A DNA stretch of 63,999 nt, filler included, from Octopus bimaculoides (Eukaryota), in the NCBI RefSeq assembly GCF_001194135.2. It is 6 parts of 6 records of this genome, joined end to end, with 100 filler letters (N's around TTAATTAATTAA, not from the genome) between each part and the next. Parts side by side here need not be neighbours in the genome. Positions count along the whole stretch, not along the records: positions 1 to 24,529 come from NC_069000.1; positions 24,630 to 30,670 come from NC_068983.1; 4 more parts are not named here. The stretch is one strand, 5' to 3'. Of this stretch, positions 12,303-25,400 are shown in pieces. A program made the position numbers and the translations under genes. Below the pieces are notes generated by a model. That model made no database searches. It worked only from the letters and a program-made list of their open reading frames with translations, and was not told where the DNA came from. Numbering within the stretch: the first letter of the stretch is position 1; every line of letters starts with the position of its first letter.

Positions 12303-13757
12303 TTTGGGAAGGTTCTAATTCTGGAAAACAAAACAAAAATATATACATGCAGCATTGAGAAAACATTTGAATTAAAAACGTAAGCTTTCCTTCATGGGGC
12401 ACCAAACTGTTCTTAAAAATGCAGAGGGAAGATTGGAAAATGTCGTCTTAGCTACACATCACCACCATCATCATTTTAACATCCACTTCTCCATGTTTGT
12501 ATGGGTTGGATGGAAGTTGCTGTGATGGAACATCTACAGCCAGAGATGCTCTTCTTGTAGCCAACCGTTCCCAGTTTCCAAATAAGGTAACACTTCTCTT
12601 TGGCCAAATATATTTTCACAGTGACCCCTGACTGGCTCCCTTGCTGGTAGCACGTAAAAAGCCCCATCCAAATGTGGTCGATGCCACTGCTCCCTGATTG
12701 GCTCCCGTGCCGGTGACATGTAAAAAGCACTCACTACACTCTCGGAGTGGTTGGCATTATTAGGAAGGGCATTTTTCGAGTCAAAACGAAGGATCGCCAA
12801 ATGGTCTGACTGGAACTTAGAATCCAAGAGATCAGGAAATACAGGAATTAAATAAGCAACTTTGCTGATGTCAAGAGTAAGACTTGTCAAAGTTCTGAAC
12901 AGTGAGAGAGCCTTTATTAATTTGGATCCATGGAATCTGCCCTAGTGATCAGTGAGGGAGCCAACAGACTCAACAGGATTAAAAGAGATGATATTTTAAA
13001 ACTGTCCCCATTCATTAGCGAACCCTTACACAACACAACTGACATCTTTTGGTGGGTGGTGTTCCGGACAACGTCCTCTTGATTTGGGTTAAAGAACATC
13101 GAAATTCTGTGTTGCAAAACGGTTTCTGAAAATTAGTTTTCATTTCTGTTCTCAATATTTGGACATTCGATTTTTGAAAATCTCCTTTTCAACTGCTCCC
13201 ACTCATGTCAAACTATTCCAAAACTGTTGAACTGAATGTCTCCCCCCACCTTATCATTTTGTTTGTTTATATAGAAGTTGCCCTTGAGGAGACGGGACAC
13301 AGTGTCGCGTATTTAGAAAGAGAATCAGAGAGAAAGGGGGCAAGCGAGAGAGAGAGACAGATCGGTTGGAGAGAATCGAAACGGAGAAGCACACTGAAAG
13401 TTCCGCGGTGAGGTTTGGCGATGTTCATTTACAATGCATTTTCTACTGAAATCAGAAACCGTTTTGCGACACAGAATTTCGATGTTCTTTAACCCAACGA
13501 CACAGTTCTTCAAAGAAGGGAAAAGTTACGTAAGATCTGTACCTGAATCGAAGATGCACCACTTCTAGAGTAAAAGGATCGGCGAGAAATAAGCCCACGT
13601 GTTTTATACGGAGTCAAGTTGAAGGCCGATAAAAGCGTGTATATATATATAGAGAGAGAGAGGTTATATACATATGTGTGTGCGTATTGTACATACTAAC
13701 AAAAATGTTGGAAATCAATAAGAAACCAAACTGAAATCTAGAATCTAATAAACTTAC

Positions 13758-13850
13758 CAGAATTGAACCAAACCCGAAAATGTGAGAAATCGCGTGGACA
13801 ACGGTGTAACCGGATATAGCCGGTGTTAAAGGAAATGAGAGTTGAATAAA
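13758..13850 (-). promoter_or_regulatory. Probable non-coding first exon and CpG-enriched promoter of UTP4
   Basis: Donor CTG|GTAAGT at 13757; local CpG and CCGG enrichment; the first coding exon has an acceptor only 18 nt upstream of ATG, so an upstream exon is needed. Confidence 0.55.
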
Positions 13851-14679
13851 TTTTGTTCCGACATTAATTTTTTTTTTTTAACTTGATGAATGAATTTTAA
13901 CAGTCTGAGAATATTTCCGATTTACAAGAAGCGAAGATTGAATGTTTATGATCTTTATATATTTCTTGAAGACGTTTGATATAAAAATGAAGCAAAAACG
14001 GTGAAAATTAGGAATGAAAGACAGTTGTGAATTTGCCTCTTGTTGTGTTTAATACGAGGACAGTTCTGACCCAGAAAAAAAAAATTGGATGGAAAATATT
14101 CCAGCGCTGAACCCTTTCCCCAAAACCTATAGTTCTCCCGACAGAGTGTATTTAGGGCTTATATTATATACTGAATCCATTTTATAAGAGTGGAAGAATG
14201 TGGTTTGAGGGAGAATTTAGTTCCTATTTTGCAAGTACTCTCGGGTTCCCTTTTTTATCTCATCATCTGTTTCTTTAATTTTATTAATTTAATCTTTCCA
14301 ATTATACCCGAGAATCTTGTTAAGTGTCTTCCAACCATTTCAAATTTTCACCAGATTATTTATTCAAATGTAAAAATAATGAATAAAAAAGTTACAAGCA
14401 TTTAAAGTTACGTAATTTTAACCATTTGGCAGCCTCAGACTGTTTGTCGCCATGGGAACAACACACATAAATCCTTTACGTAGTCTCTTCACCTGTTAGA
14501 AATAGCAGCCATATAGTAAAGAGGTTACGTGTTTTTTGACCAGCAGGTCTGATGAATTGGTCTTTACTGCCAAGTGCTAGGCATGAAATCAATGGTAACC
14601 ATCTGACCAGTTCTATGCCATAAGTCAGTTTCTTTTCTGACTTATGGCCAACTGGCTTTATCGTCATCAACGTCATCGT

Positions 14680-15130
14680 TTAACATCCGGTTTCGATGCT
14701 GTCATGGGTTGAACAGTTTGACTGGAGATGGCAAGTCAGAGGGCTCCAATCAAACTGTTTTGGTATGGTTTCTATGACTGGATGTCCTTCTTAATACCAA
14801 CCACTTCACAGAGTGTACAAACGGTGCTTTTTACATGGCACCAACACAGGTGCTTTTCATAATTTTATATATATCTCGTCGTCGTCGTCGTCGTCGTCGT
14901 CATCATCCGCTTTCCATGCTGGCGTGGCTTGAACAGTTTGACTGAGGACTGGCAATCCGGGAGATTGCACCAGGCTCCAATCTGATTTGGCAAGGTTTTT
15001 ACAGCTGGATGCCCTTCCTAATGCCAACCACTCCGAGAGTGCAGTGAGTGCTTTTTAAGTTCCACCAGCACTGGCATCAGTCACACGCAAATGGTGCTTT
15101 TTACATGCCACTGGCACAGGAGGCAGTCAG
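14680..15130 (+). repeat. Two tandem copies of an abundant interspersed repeat (..TTCCATGCTGGC..CAGCTGGATGCCCTTCCTAATGCCAACCACT..)
   Basis: Same core recurs in either orientation near 980, 4760, 5490, 10555, 12480-12780, 17100, 22050. Confidence 0.7.
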
Positions 15131-17619
15131 GTGGCTGTTAATAAATAAATCAATATAAATATAGAAGCAAATACTATTTCCAGGAATGCGGTAGAAGGGA
15201 ATCCAAAGACCCAGTCTTCGAGGGTAGGAGGGCATGGAGTGCTTATGGAAACAGCTGTATGGACTACATGTAACCATAGGGAATCTGGAGAAAATTTGTA
15301 TGCATCATCGTCATCTGCATCATCAAAACTACGACCACCACTACCATCATTATCATTCTTTTCTTCTTCGTATCATCATCATCCTCATCATGAAAGGCAA
15401 CATCTAAACTTCATCTAAACTTCGTCCTCGTCGTCATTCTCTCCCCCTCCCCCTGCTCCCACCACCATTTCCCGGTTGATTCCCCACCCCCACCCCCAGT
15501 CACTGGTGATAAATATTGATGTGAGAAGCAGAAGAATATAGACGTGGACGAGGAATACAAAGACGACAAAGTTGTTTTATGAGGGTTAAGGCCCTGAGTG
15601 CAGAAGAGGGACACACAAAAGGGCTCCTTTTGAGATCTATTCAACCGATAAACACCCGGGTGCAAATCTATGATTCAAGTTTTGATCAATGGAGTCACAA
15701 AGAGAGAGAGAGAGAGAGGGGGAGAGGGAGAGGGAGAGAGGCTTTGGCTGGCAGAGAAATATTGATAATGTTGGATTTGAAGGGCTGTAAAAAAAAAAAT
15801 AAGATAAAAATAACAATTCGTAACAGTAAAAATACTGCAACGTTTACATCTTGGTCATATCCTCTTCATCATTATCATTATTATTATTATTATTATCATT
15901 ATAATAGAGAGACCAGCGCATGCCATCAAAGTGACACGGCTACAAATATACGAAGTCTGGTAAGGGTTATTACCAGGCACACGCATCACAATCATATGTG
16001 CACGACATGGGGATCCCATCCCAGTGCATGACCTCGCAGGGAGTGGTGGGGGGTGTCCAGTTGTTGTTGTTGCTATCGATGCAGTTGTAAAAACCGGTTT
16101 ATTGCCGAACCATTAGAGCGCATGTAATTATCTCCCTTTACCTGTGGCGCGCTGCTTCAGCGAAACTGCTTCATGTGTGCATGCATGGGCGCGCGCACAC
16201 ACACACTTTCTTCAATCAAAACAGAAGACAATTTGCACCATGCCCACAAGGTTAATTGCTAATAGTAATGGAGCCATTACTAATTAGACTTATTAAAATT
16301 AATATTTTAGTTAACTGTGCGCTGTGATTTTTTTTTTTAAGCCATCATATTTACAGATCAATAATATACACCATCTCCCCCACCACCCGTCATCTCCTGT
16401 TCCAGTTTGTGCAGCCATTGCTTGCAGAACAGTGTTTGAGTTGTAATACTTAGGAAGCCTGCAGTAGTTTTGGTAAGTATATTTTATTAAGATTACTAAA
16501 TGATGAAGTTTTTTTGTTTTTTTTTATGTGCTTCTTTTAAAAACCATTTTGTGTGTGATTTGATGCCAATCAAATCCCCATTGAAATGTGTCAATGTTTT
16601 ACAGGTTGTTTTTTATTAACAATGGGACATACAGAATCTGTTCCAAAATTATCAGGAGACACTTTCAAGTCTATATTTTCTCAAGCATTTACTGATCAGA
16701 TACTTTTGACAAAGGAAAAAATTTTGCTAAACATAAGATCATCATCATCATCATCATCATCATCATTACCACTGTCCCAACCACCACCACCACCACCACA
16801 CGCTCACAACTAGAAATTTGAGTGGAGACATTATAACTGAGATCAAATCTAACTGAAATTTACTTTGTATTTCCCTGCGGTTGGACACCTCATCGCAATT
16901 TATGTCACGCCAATTCCACTCGGCCACCATCGTTTCTAAAATTTGTTGCTTCTCCTCAACAAGAAACCCATTCTTCCTCTGACCCTTCACTCCTTTCCAT
17001 TCGTTTTTCTCTTAGCAACAAGTTCTCCCTCCCTACCTGGGGTCCATTGTTTTGCTGGGGACACACAGAAAGCACTCAGCCCACTCTGTAAAGTGATTGG
17101 TATCAGGGAGGGAATTCAGTCTTAGAAAGCCAGGCCAAACCTGACACTGGGGCACAACATGGTCCTCAGACTTATTGGATCCTGTCAATCTCTCTGACCA
17201 AAGCCAACGTTGAAGATGGACAGTAAAGGATGATGATGATGCTGGTGGTGGTGGTGATGATGATGATGATGATAATGATGACAATTATGATGATGATGAT
17301 GTGTCAATGTAAAACAATCTTTCTTTTTGATAATACTTTAATAACCTCCACCAACAGTTCAACCACCAAAACTATTGTTATTATTATCATTATCATTATG
17401 AGCCCATGCGTCTCCCTTTAGTTCTTGTGTGCATGTGGTGACTATCATGAACCTCACTGCATCCCAAAGCATCCCCCATCATAATCATCATCATCATCAA
17501 CCTCACTATCATATATTCCTGACAATCAACTCAAGAAATTACGTAAAATACCCAAAGTGGATTTGAACTTGAAACCGATCAACTATTAGTGCAATACCTT
17601 GCCCACTCGGCCATTGCAC

Positions 17620-17669
<50 letters not shown>

Positions 17670-18469
17670 CTGTTATGTTTGGGGAGAGTCATTTCCTTAT
17701 TGTGCCTTAAAATTTAACACATTCGCCAGTAAAATTTCCACTTATTTCTTTTTTATTTTTCAAAAATTTTCCTTGCGTCTTGCAACCTTTTTAATAGTAG
17801 TTCACTCTGTCTGTTATTCACACTGCGTTCCTTTTTGTTTGTTTGTGCGCATGTGAGTGGGTTAAATTATAAGGCACAGAAAGAGAATGACTCTCCCCAG
17901 ACACAACAGTATATAAATATATATATATATATGTATGTATATATAGTGTGTGTGTGCTTGTGTCTGTAAAAGTATGTGTGTGTATATGCATGAGTATGTG
18001 TGTGTATATGCATGAGTATGTGTGTATATGTATGTGTATACATATATGCGTGTGTGTATGCATATGTGTGTTATTTATTAATATCTAAGATCTTAATTAT
18101 ACAGTGTTAATTGGTAAACAGAAAACTGAAAGTTAAAAAATATTAAATTAATGAGGCAATATAATTAACTTTAATGTTGCACTAATTGCGAATGTATGTT
18201 AATTGATGTATAAATGAGTGTGATTTGGTGCAGGATATAGAACTGGTCAAGTGGTCAGCACTGTGGTAAAGACACTTGACTCTCAAGTGGCCAAGACTAC
18301 CTTGGTATAAATAAATATGGTAGCAGAGAGAACAACTCACTGTTCTTTAAAGACATGAATATACACATGTATGTTGCATGCATCTATGCACGTAGGCATA
18401 ATAATGATGATGATGATGATGACGATGGTGATGATGACGATGATGATGATGACAATGATGACGATGATG

Positions 18470-18540
18470 ATTGTGATTATCCATAAAAATGAAAAAGAAG
18501 TAAAGACAATAGATGTTGCAATACCAGGCGATTCAAGGGC
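18470..18540 (+). mobile_element. Short RLE-endonuclease fragment of a Dong/R4-type LINE
   Basis: IIHKNEKEVKTIDVAIPGDSR resembles KPDIVLIQKESKLCWIIDIACPAD in the copy at 62750-63770. Confidence 0.5.
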
Positions 18541-18972
18541 AGAAACTTCTAAGGTCGTGTTTATCTAGATATTTGTTGTCATATGTCAATCTAAGTAGGA
18601 GGCTCAGTTCTTCTGTGTTGACATTGCGGAACTCCACTTCGCTCTCGTTGATCATCTCCACACACTTTTCCACCGCAAAATCTACGTTGATAGATGGGTA
18701 TAGTGATACCACATCCATGCTACCCACTATACACCCTGTCAGGTCACAGGTGTTGTTACAGTCGTTGATCCTGCTGAGGAGATCTTCCATGCTGTCACAA
18801 ACATCAGGTGACATCTGGATTATGGGGCGTATGATCATTGAGAGGAAGTAGGAAATCCTGTAGTTGCTAGCGACATTCGCTCCACAGACTGGTCTTGTTG
18901 GTGGTCCCACCACGGGATCAGTAGTTACTTTGTGATCCTTACGAAGCCCATACAGTGTCAGGATATCGTTCC
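18533..18972 (-). mobile_element. Penelope-like reverse transcriptase fragment
   Basis: LYGLRKDHK..RPVCGA..GSMDVVSLYPSI parallels the PLE RT motifs YGLPK.HK / RPIV / S.DV.SL; cut by an N gap. Confidence 0.75.
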
Positions 18973-20356
18973 NNNNNNNNNNNNNNNNNNNNNNNNNNNN
19001 NNNNNNNNNNNNNNNNNNNNNNNNNNNNNNNNNNNNNNNNNNNNNNNNNNNNNNNNNNNNNNNNNNNNNNNNNNNNNNNNNNNNNNNNNNNNNNNNNNNN
19101 NNNNNNNNNNNNNNNNNNNNNNNNNNNNNNNNNNNNNNNNNNNNNNNNNNNNNNNNNNNNNNNNNNNNNNNNNNNNNNNNNNNNNNNNNNNNNNNNNNNN
19201 NNNNNNNNNNNNNNNNNNNNNNNNNNNNNNNNNNNNNNNNNNNNNNNNNNNNNNNNNNNNNNNNNNNNNNNNNNNNNNNNNNNNNNNNNNNNNNNNNNNN
19301 NNNNNNNNNNNNNNNNNNNNNNNNNNNNNNNNNNNNNNNNNNNNNNNNNNNNNNNNNNNNNNNNNNNNNNNNNNNNNNNNNNNNNNNNNNNNAAGCAAAA
19401 AAAATACATGGAGAGGGGACAGAATAAGACACAGAAATAGAGAAAAGGGAAGATTAAAAGAGGAACAGGGTGGGTGGGCATGTCAGGAGTGGTGTTGGAG
19501 AATTTTGGGAAGCATAGAACTTTTGGAAGGATGCAGTGTTCTTACAACTAGCAGCAGACAGCAGGTAGTCTGTTCTTAGAAGCATCAACAATTCTGAGGG
19601 CAAAAAAAGAAAATATTTCTGAAGCTCATAAAATTCCATCAACATTTTATTTAAGAATCTTTTGCTAATTTCACCCAAATACTGACAAAATTAGTGTACT
19701 AAATCTGTCCAAAATCTTGGTTATTTTCAAAATAAATTGAAACATAAACTGTTCATCTTCTATTACAAATGTCACTAAAAGGTTGGCAGCTAAACTTTTG
19801 AAAATGTGAACCGGTTTAAACATGGATTTGAATGTTTGAGCAGCAAACAACAAAATAAATAAACAAGATTATTGGTAATTAAAGGAGTAAAGTGTGGAAA
19901 ACCTTGAAAGTGGTATAAAAAGTATCTTATTATTATTATTATGAAACATTCAAAAGAAAGTCTCTTTTGCTTTTAAACAGTTTGGTTAACTCGGCACAGG
20001 CTGAGTCTAGTTCTATGATGAAAAAAAGAAAAAGAAACATAATAAACCGTTCCCTTATGATTTTATGCCACAATCTCATGTAAATCCTGCTCCAAACAAT
20101 TGCAAAAGAATAAAATTCTTCATTTTACTAATTCCTTGCAGAGTTGTTAACAAGTTGGACAGAATCCCCCCCCTCTTCCTCCTCTGTCTTTACATTCAGG
20201 GTTCAAATTTGGCTGAGGTCAACTTAGCCTTCCCTCCATTTGGGATCAATAAAATAAGTACCATTTAAATAATGAGATCAATATAATGAACTAGTCAACT
20301 CTCACTAAAATTTCAGGCCTTGTGCCAAAAGCAGAAAGGATTTTATGATTATTATA

Positions 20357-20470
20357 AGTGGCGAGCTGGCCGAATCGTTAGCACACCAGGTGAAATGCTT
20401 GGGGTCGATTTGCTTAACTAAAGGCAGTGCCCCAGCATGGCCGCAGTCAAATGACTGAAACAAGTAAGAG
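20357..20470 (+). mobile_element. SINE-like repeat (GGCGAGCTGGCCGAATCGTTAGCAC.. family)
   Basis: Related copies at 28848-29010 and 35838-36010 share AAATGCTTAGCGG..GAGTTCAAATT..CTTTGCCTTTCATCC. Confidence 0.65.
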
Positions 20471-20574
20471 AATAAACAAATATATATATGTGTGTATACA
20501 CACACACACACACACACACACTAGTAAAAATGTAGTTCTTACCATACACACTAGCAACAACAGTAATAATCTAA

Positions 20575-20607
<33 letters not shown>

Positions 20608-21391
20608 GTATGATAGAAAATCAAAAGCTTCCCTTTTCTTTTCTTTCTCCCCTGCCCCTCTGCCCCCCCTCACTCACCCAATTTCTTTGTTGTTCTTTTA
20701 GGTCAAGTATTTCTCCCTCTACACAACACAATGATGAAGACAAGTACTGACATGGTTTTGATGTTGTNNNNNNNNNNNNNNNNNNNNNNNNNNNNNNNNN
20801 NNNNNNNNNNNNNNNNNNNNNNNNNNNNNNNNNNNNNNNNNNNNNNNNNNNNNNNNNNNNNNNNNNNNNNNNNNNNNNNNNNNNNNNNNNNNNNNNNNNN
20901 NNNNNNNNNNNNNNNNNNNNNNNNNNNNNNNNNNNNNNNNNNNNNNNNNNNNNNNNNNNNNNNNNNNNNNNNNNNNNNNNNNNNNNNNNNNNNNNNNNNN
21001 NNNNNNNNNNNNNNNNNNNNNNNNNNNNNNNNNNNNNNNNNNNNNNNNNNNNNNNNNNNNNNNNNNNNNNNNNNNNNNNNNNNNNNNNNNNNNNNNNNNN
21101 NCACACACACACACACACACACACACACCTTAACTGCCAATCTGTACTTTTGACAAGTTTAGATTTTCAATATTTATTTGGGGTGGGGGAGGGGGGAGGG
21201 ACTCTCAGTGTTTTTCAGATGTTTTTGCCAAGTAATGGTGCGTGATAAAAGAGTTCGCTTTGCAAACACCTGGTCTCAGGTTCAGTCCCATTTGCACAGC
21301 ACCTTGAGCAAGAGTCTTCTACCGTAGCCCAGGGCTGACCAAAGACATGGAAATGAATTTGTTACACAGAAACTGAAAAGAAGTCCATCCT

Positions 21392-21422
<31 letters not shown>

Positions 21423-21804
21423 GGACCTGTTTTCCTCTCAGACTTTCTTGCACTTTATTCCACTGTTTGGTTATTGAATGGCACCCATGATATGCACAGC
21501 TAAACTAAGATATTCTCTTGTCGTTTTGATTGCTTCATTCATTCATCTAACTCACATTATTGTTAATATGTACTTTTATAAACTAATTATTTTAATTGAC
21601 TCTTCATTTAACTTCCAAATCGTTATCTCTCTCAGCCTTACTTTTATTCCTTAATTCTTCATTTAACTTCCAAATTGAAATCTCTCCAAAGCCTTAGTTT
21701 TTTTTTTTCTCCCTGTGTTTTCACTTTGGCTAAATATTTTTGTACTGTAAGCCTTAATTTTTTTCTCACCATGTTTTCACTATGGCTAAATATTTTTATA
21801 AGTT

Positions 21805-22017
21805 CAGTTCTATATTTAAGAGACGAGGAATTATTTACATTATTTACATGTGACGGATATTTGTCCTCATCTTGTTTGTTGTTAACACAACATTTCGCCT
21901 GATATACCCTCCAGCCTTCATCAGGTGTCTCGGGTAAAAATACCTTAGGAATAAGAACCCAGGTTCGAAATTTCCCCCAAGACACCTGATGAAGGCTGGA
22001 GGGTATGTCAGCCAAAA
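21805..22017. mobile_element. Collapsed palindromic copy of the HHR-bearing repeat
   Basis: Arm CAGTTCTATATTTAAGAGA..CCTTCATCAGGTGTC followed directly by the reverse arm ..GACACCTGATGAAGGCTGGAGGGTATGTCAGCC. Confidence 0.85.
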
Positions 22018-22529
22018 TTTTGGCTGTCTCAATTTTGGCTAGGTCCTTACACATGGATGCCCTTCTTTGGCAGGATCCCTACAGCTGGATGCCCTTACAA
22101 GACTAAAATCTCCTTCAACTGAACAAGGCAGACAGCAGCTTAGAATATAAAAAAGGGGTCCAGAATCAAACAGGTTTCTTGCTGTAGAGTTTTATGTCTG
22201 CTCACATCATGGTGGGTGGGGGGAGATGGAAAAAGAAATAAAATTGCTGTAAAATTCAAAGAAACCTGATTATATGTTTATTAAACATGTCAGCCTAATT
22301 AATAAAACTAATTATGAAATAATGTCATCCGATGACTCTCCAAGATAAATAATGAGATTCAAGGAAGTGCTCTGATTTATTGAACAATAATTCGGTTGTC
22401 CTTTATCAGCCACAACATCATCGCAACCGGAATATTCCACCTGTTTGTGTAGGTTGTACGACGACTTGTTGAAGGAAAAAGAAAACTTGTCGGAAAACAA
22501 CGTCACAATCAAAATTTCACACGCACGCA

Positions 22530-22560
<31 letters not shown>

Positions 22561-23715
22561 TCCAACTGATACATTGTTGTTTTTCATATATTGAATGGTT
22601 GAGAGGGGGGTGAGGGCAGAAGGTGTTGATAAATAAAATGAACATATCTGTAGGAAGTACATTCCTGTTCTTGTCTAGCTCCAGCTTGGTCGTGTTCCAG
22701 CAGACTTTATTTTTAAAGTATGGATTAAGTAGGACTTCATTATCCAATGTGTCCTTCATATTTTAGAGATGAAAATATATGATTTGAATAAGATTTGGCT
22801 GTTGTTTCTAGCATGTCAAAGCACCATGCTGAGGTTCTTTAACTGGCTTGGGTCAAAGTATTTAAATCTGAGAGGTCATACCGTTCGTTGTTTGTAATCT
22901 TGATAACACAAACAAGTTTCAATAAAACTGCTAAAATCTCTCTAATTATGCCCCCCTCTCACCTCTTTTTTGCTCTCCCACATTTCTCTCTCCCCTTTGC
23001 CCTTCTTTCTCTCTCTCCTCTATTCTGTCTCTCTTTTTACTCTCTCTCTTTCCCCTCTTTACGCTCTCTATCCCTCCCTCTCTCTCCTTCTCTCTCTCCC
23101 TTTCTCCCCTTTACCTCCTCCCCCCTCTCTCTCTCTAGTAATATTTGTGAGGGGCCAACCAAAGACAGATAAACAGGTCCAAACACCTGAACTATGTTCC
23201 TCACTTCAAACCAAACAATGGCAGCGTCTACGTGGTCCCCCAAATTGCTAGAAATAGCAACTGAATTTGCTTCCAAACTGCATGACTTCCTTTTAAGCCG
23301 ATGTGAAGGCACAATCCCTTATTTAGTCCAAAAGTTGCACTGAATCTGAATAAAAGACTCGTGTGGCTACAGGGGCTTTAATCATCATCATCATCATCAC
23401 CACCACCACCACCGGCAGAAACATACATACATACATACAATATTTAGGTAAATGCTGATGTACTGTAAAAAGTAAGCCTTCATTGTTGAAGCTTAAAGGA
23501 GGAGAAGGTCATTACAAGAAATTACCGAACAAATTTCTCATAAAATTGAATGACGTTTTGTGGGAAAATTTGATCTTCGAAGGCAATGTGACAGCTGTGA
23601 ACGTTTTCAGTTTCATTAGAGTACACATGCATAGGTTCATACATACATACATACATACATACATACAATTTTCCTGTTTGCATTAAAATACCTACACACA
23701 TACTTTTTTATATTG

Positions 23716-24103
23716 TATGGGGAATTGGCCACCGGCTCAAGAGTACGCGGATGACCTCATCTACGTTTTAAGGACGTCTGTAAGAGGGATTTGAAGTCAT
23801 TTGATCTGGACGTCCTGAGATAGGAGGTTGCAAATGATCGCCCCCACTGGAGACTAATATTGCGAAAGGGGATGAAGAAAGCGGAAGAAAAACAGAAAGT
23901 CGTCGCCAAAGAAAAGCGCACTGGACGGAAGGAAAAACCAGCAGCGCCGGCAGAGACCACCTTCCAATGCAGTCGCTCTTTGCGTGACTGCCACTCCCGC
24001 GTGGGCCTGTACAGCCACAACAGATGCCGGGCCACCATTAGCAGCTGACACAATTTCTTCCGGCGCAGATCCATGGCCTCCCGAGACCAACGGATGCCTA
24101 CTA
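23716..24103 (+). mobile_element. RTE (BovB-like) LINE 3' end, degenerate
   Basis: YGEL..G..PHLRFKDVCKRDLK..DRPHWR..FQCSRSLRDCHSRVGLYSH; in-frame stops. Confidence 0.8.
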
Positions 24104-24529
24104 CAATATTGCCTAATTGTATATTTCTGCTTATCTCATATAAACCAGTCGGACAATTACCACTGGTTTTGCATCTATCGTTGCATTCGGCAATACAGAC
24201 GACTCACCAGACATGCTGGCTGGAAGCACATAGTCTCTTCAATGTTGGAGCAAAATATAGTTTTGGCTAGCTTGGAATTAACAAAACCAAAGAAAAAAAA
24301 AATTGAACGAGAAAATGGAAGAGTTGTTTCCCGTCGTTTGATTCGAGCCGAGGCCAATGAAGGGCCAGCTATGTTTGCGTACGTTTTTCCCGTTCCCATG
24401 TTCGAAAAGAGGAGCACCACGTTTCTAAAACGAATTTTCTATCATGCAGGCAGCAACTAAAAAGCTCGATTTTGAGTTCGAAAGGGCGCCTGGACTGTGA
24501 TGGGATACTGTACAGCTAGTTTAGCTGCA

Positions 24530-24629
24530 NNNNNNNNNNNNNNNNNNNNNNNNNNNNNNNNNNNNNNNNNNNNTTAATTAATTAANNNNNNNNNNNNNNN
24601 NNNNNNNNNNNNNNNNNNNNNNNNNNNNN
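24530..24629. other. Artificial scaffold join: 44 N + TTAATTAATTAA + 44 N (also 30671-30770, 43284-43383, 54731-54830, 61824-61923)
   Basis: Identical 100-bp layout five times; linker has stops in all six frames. Confidence 0.95.
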
Positions 24630-24959
24630 ACATGTGTTTGCATTTGATCACGAAAAGATAAATCATAAGAAAAACGACATTAAAGTATATTTATTTATTT
24701 ATTTATTTATTTATTTATGTGTTTCAGCCAAGTGGCTGCGGTCATGCTGGTGCACCACCGTATAGTTGAATAAATTGTCAAAAAATTAAGGTGATTTTTC
24801 GCTTAAGAAATATATACATGAAACCAGACACCAACCTGCGAAACAACAACTCCAAAATTACTTTAACAAGGAAAGAAAGAAAGTGAAAAAGGGAATTATG
24901 CAAAGAAAGAAGGGACGAGGGGGAGCAAGTAATAGGCTCTATACCTCAGTGTATTCAGC

Positions 24960-25400
24960 CCCATGGACGCAGAGAATGGCCAGCAACGCTCAATTCTAAG
25001 ACGGGGTGCCATCATCCCGATTTTACAGAGGAAATCAGCAGTGCAGGTCCAAGAACACCCGAGGCCTTGACAGCGACCAGTACGAACAGGCAGCAGCCGA
25101 TCAAACTCCGGTATTTGGTTATCTTTCTCTCCTCTGCATTGCAGGCAGAAATGACCAAGTTTGCGGCCAATGCGGCAAGGCTGGAAGCGGAGAACGTGCC
25201 ACAGTGCGCCGCGTCCCAGATTAGGGATTTATCTCCCTCGCATGGGAAGATGGTTATTCCATCGGGGCACTTACCATCCCCACAGTCAAGACCTGTTGGC
25301 ACCAGTTGTAGCAGGAAGCCAGTCGCATCGAGGCCCCTATTAATGATGCGGCGTGTCGGGAGAACCGGCCCGCACTAAGGCAGCAGTGGTTGTATGTATG
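24960..25400 (-). mobile_element. CRE-like RLE-type LINE C-terminal fragment
   Basis: GLDCGDGKCPDGITIFP..KSLIWDA..EERKITKYRSL..FV.VAVKASGVLGP, a decayed DGKRPDG PD-(D/E)xK domain. Confidence 0.75.

Noticed and set aside
15579-16031. 150-aa + strand ORF
   Set aside because: Built from (GA)n and (ATT)n tracts; no domain-like content.
21659-22054. ORFs sharing PDEGWRVYQ..CVNNKQDEDKY (also 48005-48214 and 50398-50610)
   Set aside because: They are translations of the HHR repeat arm; starts and stops differ between copies.
22517-22759. ORF MKDTLDNEVLLNPYFKNKVCWN.. as a downstream ACS exon
   Set aside because: No ACS motif and no convincing splice sites.
24574-24585. TTAATTAATTAA recurring five times, resembling a regularly placed motif or array
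   Set aside because: Always centred in exactly 44+44 N; it is an all-frame-stop scaffolding linker, not biology.
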